Assembly: GCA_963934475.1 (NCBI GenBank)
Contig: CAWVYV010000001.1
Coordinates: 1-39,343, forward strand
From: an uncultured Alphaproteobacteria bacterium
GTDB taxonomy: Bacteria > Pseudomonadota > Alphaproteobacteria > TMED109
Reading direction: 5' to 3'
Length of the DNA: 39,343 nt
The notes below the pieces were generated by a model. The model did not search any database and was not told where the DNA came from. It saw nothing but the letters and a program-made list of their open reading frames with translations. Position 1 is the first letter of the stretch, and every line of letters begins with the position of its first letter. The translations under genes were made by a program, and so were the position numbers. Positions 1 to 8,074 of this stretch are shown here, piece by piece.

Positions 1-55
1 ACTAAAATTCCGCTGGGAGATAATACATAAAAGATGGCCTTGTGGCAAATTAATA

Positions 56-787
56 CTAATTATTATTTATATCTCTCTTTGTTAGCAAAACTTGGTCTTG
101 CTCTAATAAAGAAATAGTATTAGTAATTACTTGTCTATTTATAGATTCTTTTACCATTTGCTGAGCGACTATAGGCTTTTTTGCAAGACCTTTTAGAAAT
201 TTTTTTGCATGCTCAAATGGATCTTTAGCTATTTCTTCACATAAACCCCAATTTAAGGCAGTTTTTGCATCTATTTTTTTACATGCTATTGTAATTATTT
301 TTGCTTTAGCTGGACCAACTAATGATACTAATTTTGGTATTGAGCCCCATGAATAAGTTATTCCTATATCTACCTCTGGGGCAAAAAAATATGCATTTTC
401 TGAACAAAATCTAAAGTCGCATGATAGCGCTAATGAAACACCACCTCCTATACAGTCACCTTCTATTGAAGCCACTGTTATTTGAGGAAGGTTCGTCCAG
501 GCATCACACATTCTTAAGCCTAACCTATTCTTCTGCCGAGCTTTTAATAAATCCAACCCTTCACCAAAAGCATTTTTTTCATTTAAGTCATTTCCAGATG
601 AAAAAACTCCTTTTTCTCCTGATAAAATAATAGCAATTATTTCTGTATTGTCTCTTAATTCTAAAGCTAATTTTTCCAACTCTATTTTAATTGAGTCCGA
701 TAAAGCATTTCTTTTTTTATAATTTTTTATAGTTACTGATAGAATTCTAGGCTCTACAACTTTTATATCTATTAACTTATGACTCAT
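56..787 (-). CDS. enoyl-CoA hydratase/isomerase (crotonase family)
   Basis: 243-aa ORF with crotonase signatures GEKGVFSSGNDL and GDCIGGGVSLALSCDFRF. The ATG at 785-787 overlaps the stop of the upstream small ORF by 11 nt, so it is in the same operon as 1039..1764. Confidence 0.85.
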   Translation of the reverse strand: MSHKLIDIKVVEPRILSVTIKNYKKRNALSDSIKIELEKLALELRDNTEIIAIILSGEKGVFSSGNDLNEKNAFGEGLDLLKARQKNRLGLRMCDAWTNLPQITVASIEGDCIGGGVSLALSCDFRFCSENAYFFAPEVDIGITYSWGSIPKLVSLVGPAKAKIITIACKKIDAKTALNWGLCEEIAKDPFEHAKKFLKGLAKKPIVAQQMVKESINRQVITNTISLLEQDQVLLTKRDINNN

Positions 788-1034
788 CTTTAATATCTTT
801 TATAGAGACTTTACCCTTAGCTTCAGGAAACACCCATAATCCGATAATCATAAGTATCTGTATTAAAAATATTATAGGGACATTTAAATACTTACTAATA
901 AATAAAGATCTAGATAATAAATAGTAATCATAAAGAACATACTTTCTAGATAAATCTGGATTATCGTATAGAATTACCGAGATACCTATAATTAATATCA
1001 ACAGAGTTAGTAAAATTTTATATTTTGTTGGCAT
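777..1034 (-). CDS. small two-TM membrane protein, unknown function
   Basis: The track ORF is 777..1058. I prefer the internal ATG at 1032-1034 (MPTKYKILLTLLILIIG...) because it is preceded by AAGGTAGG and clears the upstream TAG stop at 1039-1041. Two hydrophobic helices. No family recognised. Confidence 0.4.
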   Translation of the reverse strand: MPTKYKILLTLLILIIGISVILYDNPDLSRKYVLYDYYLLSRSLFISKYLNVPIIFLIQILMIIGLWVFPEAKGKVSIKDIKDES

Positions 1035-1038
1035 ATAC

Positions 1039-1764
1039 CTACCTTTTATATTTTTCATTATAGCCGTTAAAAAGATGTCCTAATAATCCTCTTTTTAAAT
1101 CTGATGTTTGAAACAACCAATCGGCTATAGGCAAAGTTAAATTCATATTAATCTTTGTCATAACTCCTTGATCATGATGGGCAGCATGATGTCGGCGAAG
1201 AGTATTTACGAATGGTAAATTACGTAATATAAAATTATCACCTACATGGCAACAAAAATGCATAGATTCATATATTAGATACATAGAAGTTGTTGTAACT
1301 ATAAATAGCCAACCAACATTAGTTGAAAAGCACCAAGATAAAATTATAAAACCTGGTATAGACATAAAGGTGAACACAACTAATGCATAAGGAGGAAAAA
1401 ATGTTACCCTCCAATCATGCGCTCCTGCAAAACGCATTTCATCCTTACTAAAAAATTGATGATGCTGTTGCGTGTGTCGAGAATAAATTGCTCTAGCTCC
1501 TGGAAAATTTTGAGGAATATGCATTACGTATTTATGCAAAGCCCATTCAAAAAAATTACAAATAAGAAAAGTAATAGGAATAATAATAAGTTCCCATGCT
1601 ATTAATGTATTTATATGACTAATGTAATAAAATAATAATAAACCACCTATTAAGTAAATAATAGCTACATGCAAAGATCCATTATACCATCCATCAATTT
1701 GATCTCTATAAGCTTTTCTAAATTTAATTAGTCTTTTATCTGGTTTAATATCTTCTAATTCCAT
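1039..1764 (-). CDS. fatty acid hydroxylase / sterol desaturase superfamily membrane di-iron enzyme
   Basis: 241-aa ORF with several TM helices and three histidine boxes: HKYVMH, HTQQHH and HHAAHH. Confidence 0.8.
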   Translation of the reverse strand: MELEDIKPDKRLIKFRKAYRDQIDGWYNGSLHVAIIYLIGGLLLFYYISHINTLIAWELIIIPITFLICNFFEWALHKYVMHIPQNFPGARAIYSRHTQQHHQFFSKDEMRFAGAHDWRVTFFPPYALVVFTFMSIPGFIILSWCFSTNVGWLFIVTTTSMYLIYESMHFCCHVGDNFILRNLPFVNTLRRHHAAHHDQGVMTKINMNLTLPIADWLFQTSDLKRGLLGHLFNGYNEKYKR

Positions 1765-1914
1765 TAATGCCTCCCAACATCATCATATTTAATTATACAT
1801 GTTTAGAACGATAATAATATATATGATTAAAATAAAATACATAACTGATTTGATAAAAAACAATATTATCAAAAACATATTAATTATTAAATAAAATAGC
1901 TTATAATTTCAAAT

Positions 1915-2682
1915 TTAAAAAAAATGACAATCAACCTTACCCAACTCATAAAAATCTATTACTATATGGTCTCCTCCGAGCACCTCAATAGGTTTAATAC
2001 AAGTACCTGTTAAAACTGTCTGTCCTGAATATAGCGTTATGTTATATTTATTTAATTCATTAATTAACCAAGTTAATGCTTTAATTGGATCTTCTAAAAC
2101 ATTACTTCCAATTCCATGACCTATAAGGTGATTATTTTTATAACATCCAACTTTAAATGTTTTTAAATTTATATGTTTCCACGACTTAGTAGGTTCTTTT
2201 CCTAACAAATATTCTCCAGCACATGCATTATCTGCAATTAGCAAATTTTTTCCTATTTTATTAAAATTTAAAAATCTTGAATCAGGAATTTCAATTGCCG
2301 GACATATATGTTCTATATACTCTAAAACTTCTTCATATAAATATGGTGTATTTTTTTTTTGCATATCTTTATTCAATTTAAAAGAAAACTCAGCCTCTAC
2401 AACTTTCATTTGATTGTTTTTTAATGAAATCCTATCTCCTGATCTATGTAAACGTTCTTTAATTAGTCTTCCTGCGATTGGCCCATCTACTCCTATATGC
2501 TTTTGTCCTTCAATACTAGTAGCAGCTATCTTCCAACCAAATAAGTTATGCTTACTATATGTCTTATAATCAGCTTGTAATTTATAAGCTTCTATTGTGC
2601 TTTCTGGGATACGTATGTTTTTTAAATTCTTATGAATTAATTTTTTATCCCAAGCCTTTATATAATTATTTTCTTTTAACAT
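1915..2682 (-). CDS. FAH-family hydratase (2-keto-4-pentenoate hydratase / MhpD-like)
   Basis: 255-aa ORF. The segment GWKIAATSIEGQKHIGVDGPIAGRL and the overall length match the MhpD/HpcG hydratase-decarboxylase family as I remember it. Confidence 0.65.
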   Translation of the reverse strand: MLKENNYIKAWDKKLIHKNLKNIRIPESTIEAYKLQADYKTYSKHNLFGWKIAATSIEGQKHIGVDGPIAGRLIKERLHRSGDRISLKNNQMKVVEAEFSFKLNKDMQKKNTPYLYEEVLEYIEHICPAIEIPDSRFLNFNKIGKNLLIADNACAGEYLLGKEPTKSWKHINLKTFKVGCYKNNHLIGHGIGSNVLEDPIKALTWLINELNKYNITLYSGQTVLTGTCIKPIEVLGGDHIVIDFYELGKVDCHFF

Positions 2683-2823
2683 ATTTATGTTCTCAATTTT
2701 TGAAATGACAAGACACTAAAAAATATTACTATAAGTTACTTAATATAGTATATTTTACCTATACATGTATAAAAAATTATTTATTATGTTTTTATAAATT
2801 TAAATAAACTTAAAGGGAACGAA

Positions 2824-2976
2824 ATGAAATTTTTAGTAATTGTATTTAGCTTAATGTTTTTTAATGCTTGCTCTACTTATGACAGGATAAAAGAAAATGC
2901 TAGTGATGCTTATGATTGGTCAAAAGAAAAAGCTAAGGATACAGTTGAAGGTGTAAAAGAAGTTATATCAGAATAA
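2824..2976 (+). CDS. small (50 aa) putative lipoprotein
   Basis: Not in the ORF track; translated by hand as MKFLVIVFSLMFFNACSTYDRIKENASDAYDWSKEKAKDTVEGVKEVISE. It has a signal peptide ending in a lipobox-like FNAC and a charged helical tail. It ends 17 nt before the next gene, with AAGGA in between. Confidence 0.45.
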   Translation: MKFLVIVFSLMFFNACSTYDRIKENASDAYDWSKEKAKDTVEGVKEVISE

Positions 2977-2993
2977 AAAAATAAGGAAAAAAT

Positions 2994-3890
2994 ATGACTA
3001 GCCATGCAACTGGTGATGGAAACATACCAACAAGGGATGCAAACAAAAAAGGACTAAAAAGAATCATGACTGTAGGAGGTGTTTATGGAACACGTAACTA
3101 TACAGTTAAGGATCTTAGAGACCAAAAAGGTAATAACATATTAACTGAAACTGTTCCATTTTCTGTTGAAGAAGCTGCTGCTGCTGAAGAGGCAGGGATA
3201 GATACTATGAAAGTTAGATTTGATCCCAAAAACCCTGATTTAGCTATAGCAATTAGAAAAGCGGCACCTAATACATTTATGGCATTTTCTTGTCCACTAA
3301 TAGCTGCTGCTACTAAAGATGAAGCTGTTAGGCTTGGATATCAGGCAATGGAAATTGGAGCAGATGCCGTAATGACACAGTGGAGCCCTAGTTTTATTGA
3401 GGCTGCTACTGAAGCCGGAATACCTGTACAAGCGCATGCGGGTTTAGTTCCCAGAAGAAGTACATGGACAGGTGGATTAAAGGCTGTTGGAAAATCATTA
3501 GAAGAAGCAGTTTGGATTTATAATCAGATAAAAATATTTGAAAATGCTGGTGCTTATGCTGTAGAGGTTGAAGTTATACCTGAAGATCTTTTAATAGAAA
3601 TAAGTAAAAGAACAACTCTTTTAACATCTTCTATAGGTGCAGGCAAAGGTGGAGATATACAATTTTTATTTGCAGATGATATACTAGGCAATAATGGACC
3701 TCCATATGTTAGGCACTCTAAACAATATCGCAATTTATATAAAATGAAACAAGACATGCAAAAGGAAAGAGTATCTGGTTTTAAAGAATTTATCCATGAT
3801 GTCAAAAATGGACAATTTCCAAAAGAAGAACATGTGATTTCCACACCTAATGGATTAATAGAGGGCTTCTTAAAAACAATAAAAAACTGA
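2994..3890 (+). CDS. PanB-like (ketopantoate hydroxymethyltransferase fold, ICL/PEPM superfamily) protein, divergent
   Basis: 298-aa ORF. The C-terminal two thirds align by eye with PanB: AHAGLVPRR vs GHLGLTPQS, VEVEVIPE vs LECVP, SSIGAGKGGDIQFLF vs IGIGAG..DGQILV, FPKEEH vs YPGEEH. The GDSLGM region is missing (see findings). Confidence 0.6.
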   Translation: MTSHATGDGNIPTRDANKKGLKRIMTVGGVYGTRNYTVKDLRDQKGNNILTETVPFSVEEAAAAEEAGIDTMKVRFDPKNPDLAIAIRKAAPNTFMAFSCPLIAAATKDEAVRLGYQAMEIGADAVMTQWSPSFIEAATEAGIPVQAHAGLVPRRSTWTGGLKAVGKSLEEAVWIYNQIKIFENAGAYAVEVEVIPEDLLIEISKRTTLLTSSIGAGKGGDIQFLFADDILGNNGPPYVRHSKQYRNLYKMKQDMQKERVSGFKEFIHDVKNGQFPKEEHVISTPNGLIEGFLKTIKN

Positions 3891-3898
3891 TATAATAA

Positions 3899-4714
3899 AT
3901 GCCAAAAATTTTAAATAAAAAACAAATAAACTTTTTTAAAAAAAATGGGTATCTATTTCCTATTAAGGTAATGGAAGAAAAAGAAGCTTCATTATATAGA
4001 GCTGAATTAGAAGACTATGAAAAATCCCAAGGTTTAACTTTATCCGGTATTGATAAACATAAATCTCATTTATTATTTAGTTGGGTTAATAAAATTGTTC
4101 ATAATAATAATATTTTAGATTCTGTTGAAGATATATTAGGACCAAATATATTATGTTGGAGTTCTAGTTTTTTTATAAAAGAAGTAAATGAAAATTCATT
4201 TGTTTCCTGGCATCAAGATTCTCAATATTGGGGGCTTGAACCAGATGATGTAGTAACAGCCTGGGTTGCTATTTCTGATGCTTCTCTAGAAACAGGGCCC
4301 ATGGAAGTGGTTCCCAAAAGTCACAAATGGGGTAATTTAGAACACAAAGATACTTTCAATGAAAAAAATTTGTTAACTCGTGGCCAGGAGTTAAATATAA
4401 AAATTTCGGAATATAATACTATTCCTATGCCATTAAAACCAGGAGAAGTTTCATTACATCATGTTAAATTAGCTCACTCATCTAATATAAACAAAACTAA
4501 TGACAGAAGAATTGGTATTGCAATTAGATACATAACACCTCAAGTGAAACAAACAAAGGCTGACAAAGTAAAAGATACGGCTTTATTAGTTAGAGGAGAA
4601 GATAAGTTTATGAACTTTAGTCATGAATCTTTACCAGACTTTAATGTAAACCAAGAAACTATTCTTAACCATAAAATTACTTCAGTTAACCATCATAAAA
4701 TCTTAATGAAGTAA
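3899..4714 (+). CDS. phytanoyl-CoA dioxygenase (PhyH) family Fe(II)/2-oxoglutarate oxygenase
   Basis: 271-aa ORF with the HxD motif in SWHQDSQYW, a distal His in LHHVKLAHSS and Arg in RRIGIAIRY. It starts 8 nt after the PanB-like gene. Confidence 0.8.
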   Translation: MPKILNKKQINFFKKNGYLFPIKVMEEKEASLYRAELEDYEKSQGLTLSGIDKHKSHLLFSWVNKIVHNNNILDSVEDILGPNILCWSSSFFIKEVNENSFVSWHQDSQYWGLEPDDVVTAWVAISDASLETGPMEVVPKSHKWGNLEHKDTFNEKNLLTRGQELNIKISEYNTIPMPLKPGEVSLHHVKLAHSSNINKTNDRRIGIAIRYITPQVKQTKADKVKDTALLVRGEDKFMNFSHESLPDFNVNQETILNHKITSVNHHKILMK

Positions 4715-4717
4715 ACC

Positions 4718-5905
4718 TTAACTAGATTTTATATGAACATCTTTTCGTTTATATACATCTTTTTGTAAAGCTAAACCTAAACCATTTCCTTCTGGTACTG
4801 TAATATGACCATTTTTAATTGGAGGAAGACTAGTAACTAAATCTGCATACCATCCATAATAAAAGGCTCTAACTATTTCTTGAATATGGCAATTAGAATT
4901 TGCTAAAGCTAGATGAGTACTTGCTGTTAATGTAACAGGGCCAGTACAATCATGAAATGCAATAGGAATATGCCAAGCTTCAACCATAGAAGAGACTTTA
5001 TTAGCTTCAGATAAACCTCCTCCCCAAGCAATATCCATTATTATTTGAGACAGAGAATTAAGTTCTAATAAAGATCTATAGTCAGCTCTTCCTCCTCTAG
5101 TCTCTCCTGCAGCAATTGGTGCTAGAGTGCTATTACATACATCACCTAAAGTTGATAAATGATCCATGAAAACAGGGTCTTCAATCCATAATGGGTTATA
5201 GTTTTCTAGCTCTCTGCAGATATGAATAGCCTGAGGTTTATTCCACATAGAATGCAACTCAGCCATTATATCCATTTTATCTCCTAGAGCATTTCTAATT
5301 TTATTAAATGGCTCTAGTGACTTTTTCATATCTTCTGGAGATATATATTGACCTTGCGACTTCTCAGCAGCAAAATCAAAAGGCCATATTTTCATAGCAG
5401 TAACACCTGAATCTAAAAGAGAATATGCTAAATCTACTGGGTTTTTTAAAAACCCTTCTAAATCTTCATAGCTTCCATTATTATCTAATCCAAAATTTTT
5501 AGTTCCTTGTATTGGATGCTTTCTAATATAATGAGAACCAGCACATGTGTTATATACTCTAATGTTTTCTCTAACTTTTCCTCCTAGTAGGCCATGTATG
5601 GGTTGTGCTGTTGCTTGGCCCCAAATATCCCATAATGCAATATCTATAGCTGATGCCCCTCTTCTTTCTGCAGAAGCTCCTACAAAACCAGTATACCCAA
5701 TAAGATTTTTTTGATGCTTTTCTATATGTAAAGGATTTTTTCCAATTAAGTATGGAGCTATAATCTCATGTATATGTGCCTCTGCAGAAGCGGGGCCATA
5801 AAATGTTTCACCTAATCCTATTAAGCCCTCATCAGTCTTAACTTCTATAAGTAATAAGTTTGGGAACTCTTCTATTCTTAATGTATCAATTCCAGAAACT
5901 TTCAT
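4718..5905 (-). CDS. enolase superfamily (mandelate racemase / muconate lactonizing / acid-sugar dehydratase) enzyme
   Basis: 395-aa ORF. The N-terminal capping domain (GLIGLGETF, SAIDIALWDIWGQATAQPIHGLLGG) and the barrel (LWIEDP, AAGE) are typical of MR/MLE dehydratases. Confidence 0.85.
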   Translation of the reverse strand: MKVSGIDTLRIEEFPNLLLIEVKTDEGLIGLGETFYGPASAEAHIHEIIAPYLIGKNPLHIEKHQKNLIGYTGFVGASAERRGASAIDIALWDIWGQATAQPIHGLLGGKVRENIRVYNTCAGSHYIRKHPIQGTKNFGLDNNGSYEDLEGFLKNPVDLAYSLLDSGVTAMKIWPFDFAAEKSQGQYISPEDMKKSLEPFNKIRNALGDKMDIMAELHSMWNKPQAIHICRELENYNPLWIEDPVFMDHLSTLGDVCNSTLAPIAAGETRGGRADYRSLLELNSLSQIIMDIAWGGGLSEANKVSSMVEAWHIPIAFHDCTGPVTLTASTHLALANSNCHIQEIVRAFYYGWYADLVTSLPPIKNGHITVPEGNGLGLALQKDVYKRKDVHIKSS

Positions 5906-5984
5906 AATATCTTCCTTATATAAAGTAATTAAAGTAATTTAGTATAAATATAGTAATTTTAAAAATTATAACTGGAATATATAT

Positions 5985-6437
5985 ATGTTGGATATTAATG
6001 GAATCGCTCATATTGCTTTATCTGTAAAAAATATATCTAAATCAAAAAGCTTTTATAAAGAATTAATGCCATTTTTAGGATTAAAATTAGTACATGAAAG
6101 TAAAAAATCAATTTATCATGTTGGAGCTAGAACAGGTATTTTAATTCAAGAAGTAGATAAGAATATTGCTTCCTCAGATTTTAGTCAAAATAATATAGGT
6201 CTTCATCATTTTTGTTTTAGAGCCAGAAGCAAAGAAAGTATTGATTTAATAAAAGATAAGCTTCTTGAAATAAATGCTAAAATAATACGAGGCCCATTAG
6301 ATGGAGCATGGGCCCCAGGATATTACTATATTTTATTTGAGGATCCAGATGGAATAAGAATTGAAGTTAATTATGTTCCAGGCACAGGAGTCTTAGACAA
6401 AAATAAAAAATTCAACCCTAATAAAGATTATTTATAG
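5985..6437 (+). CDS. VOC / glyoxalase-bleomycin resistance-dioxygenase family protein
   Basis: 150-aa ORF with INGIAHIALSVKNISKSKSFY, GLHHFCFRA and FEDPDGIRIEV, the usual paired beta-alpha-beta-beta-beta signature. Confidence 0.8.
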   Translation: MLDINGIAHIALSVKNISKSKSFYKELMPFLGLKLVHESKKSIYHVGARTGILIQEVDKNIASSDFSQNNIGLHHFCFRARSKESIDLIKDKLLEINAKIIRGPLDGAWAPGYYYILFEDPDGIRIEVNYVPGTGVLDKNKKFNPNKDYL

Positions 6438-6443
6438 TAAGTA

Positions 6444-7232
6444 ATGATTTTATCTAAAAGAAATATCAAATCTTATATGCTTAATGGCTATGTCACTCCT
6501 TCTTTGAGACTAACGTCAGAAAATTTAATTTTATTACAAGATAATATTGATATTATTATAAATGAAAATCTAAATATAAGGCCGGAGCAATTAGTTTGCC
6601 CACATATTAAAGGTGGTTCTATGGGAGAATTAAATAATAAAAATTATAAGTACTTTTTAAAATTAGCTCATACTAAAGAAATTATTGAAATGATATCACA
6701 AATATTAGGAAAAAATATAATATTGTGGGGAGGGCAAATTTTTTGTAAACCTGCATTTCATGGTATGCAAGTTCCGATGCACCAAGATTCTCATTATTGG
6801 CCAATTGTTCCTATGTCAACTTGTTCTGTTTGGATAGCCGCAGATAAAGCCACTAAAAAAAATGGATGCCTTGCTGTCATTCCAGGATCTCATAAAAATA
6901 AGATTTATAAACATGAAATTAATGATAAAAATACAACTTTAAATTCAGGAATAAATCAAAAAATATTAGAAGATAAAAATAAGGATTATATTACTTTGAA
7001 ACCTGGTCAAATGTCACTGCATGATGCTAATCTAGTTCATGGATCAGAGAAAAACAATTCTAAAAATAGAAGAGCAGGCATTGTTTTCCGTTACATGTCA
7101 TCTGATAGTACTTTTAATAGAAAAGCAAAAGATCACAATCAAAATGATGGCCATAAAGTTAACTATTCGTCAAGACCTATATGGCTAATAAAAGGAAGCA
7201 TGGGAAATAATAGTAAAGTTAAAAATATTTAA
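6444..7232 (+). CDS. phytanoyl-CoA dioxygenase (PhyH) family Fe(II)/2-oxoglutarate oxygenase, second paralogue
   Basis: 262-aa ORF with MHQDSHYW (HxD), LVHGSEKN and RRAGIVFRY. It starts 6 nt after the VOC gene. Confidence 0.8.
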   Translation: MILSKRNIKSYMLNGYVTPSLRLTSENLILLQDNIDIIINENLNIRPEQLVCPHIKGGSMGELNNKNYKYFLKLAHTKEIIEMISQILGKNIILWGGQIFCKPAFHGMQVPMHQDSHYWPIVPMSTCSVWIAADKATKKNGCLAVIPGSHKNKIYKHEINDKNTTLNSGINQKILEDKNKDYITLKPGQMSLHDANLVHGSEKNNSKNRRAGIVFRYMSSDSTFNRKAKDHNQNDGHKVNYSSRPIWLIKGSMGNNSKVKNI

Positions 7233-7244
7233 TACAAATTAGAT

Positions 7245-7904
7245 TTATTTACCCAAATTTTTTATAATATTATGTACATTTTTTTCAAAAGCATGCCCTT
7301 TTTTTATAAATATAATATCAATTTGTATTAATATTCCTTCTACCCTGTGCATTTCAATTATGTCATAAACTTGGTAACCTATCTTATTCATATATTTAAT
7401 ATGTTCAAAAAAATTAGGCACACCAACATTATACTCACCCATGAATGGTATCTCTAAAATAATTACAGGAGTATTTAATACAGTGTTTTTTCCGCCTTTT
7501 AAGATTGGTATTTCTGCACCTTGACAATCTATTTTAATAAGATCAAAAGATTTTTTACCTTGAAAAGTAATATCTAAAGTGGTTGTATTTCTCTCAATTT
7601 TTTCGCAATCATCAAAAAAAGAAGTATTTTCTTTATATATAGAATCTCCTGTATTTCTCATTTCATTCCATATAACTTTTCGTTCTGATTCATCAAGAAG
7701 AAGATTTATACAATTCATATTAGAATTATTATTTATCTTATCAAGCTCACTATAATCAATAGCTTCTATTAAAGTATAATTAGCTAATGGAAAAACTTTC
7801 TTTTTTACTAAAAGTGACCATTTCCCCTTATTAGCTCCTATATCAAGTATATTTTTTGGAATAAACCCGAATGATTTTAATTTCTTAAGTGAATTTATTA
7901 ACAT
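7245..7904 (-). CDS. FkbM-family SAM-dependent methyltransferase
   Basis: 219-aa ORF with the SAM-binding motif ILDIGANKGKWS and a downstream IKIDCQGAE motif typical of Methyltransf_21/FkbM. Confidence 0.7.
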   Translation of the reverse strand: MLINSLKKLKSFGFIPKNILDIGANKGKWSLLVKKKVFPLANYTLIEAIDYSELDKINNNSNMNCINLLLDESERKVIWNEMRNTGDSIYKENTSFFDDCEKIERNTTTLDITFQGKKSFDLIKIDCQGAEIPILKGGKNTVLNTPVIILEIPFMGEYNVGVPNFFEHIKYMNKIGYQVYDIIEMHRVEGILIQIDIIFIKKGHAFEKNVHNIIKNLGK

Positions 7905-8074
7905 TTTCTATCTTTATTTTATTAAATTATTTTATACAAATAGGAAAACTACAATGCTAATCATATACTTCTTGATAATCTAAACAATAAAAACATTCAT
8001 TAATATCACTTTATTGTATTACTTTGAAAATAATACTCACACTATATGCAAAATTGTGATTAATTATTTTTGAA

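Noticed and set aside
1-55. Possible 3' end of a plus-strand gene (frame 1 reads TKIPLGDNT-stop, with TAA at 28-30) at the left edge.
   Set aside because: Only nine codons are visible, which is not enough to support a feature.
1824-1895. 23-codon plus-strand ORF (MIKIKYITDLIKNNIIKNILIIK) in the spacer upstream of the fatty-acid-hydroxylase operon.
   Set aside because: It has no Shine-Dalgarno and a purely low-complexity Ile/Lys/Asn composition, as expected from random AT-rich sequence.
2351-2360. T10 homopolymer inside the FAH-hydratase gene, with A10 at 39101-39110 inside maf, considered as possible slipped-strand phase-variation sites.
   Set aside because: Both reading frames are intact. 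Poly-Lys/poly-A runs are common in AT-rich genomes, and the genes concerned are not surface or contingency-type loci.
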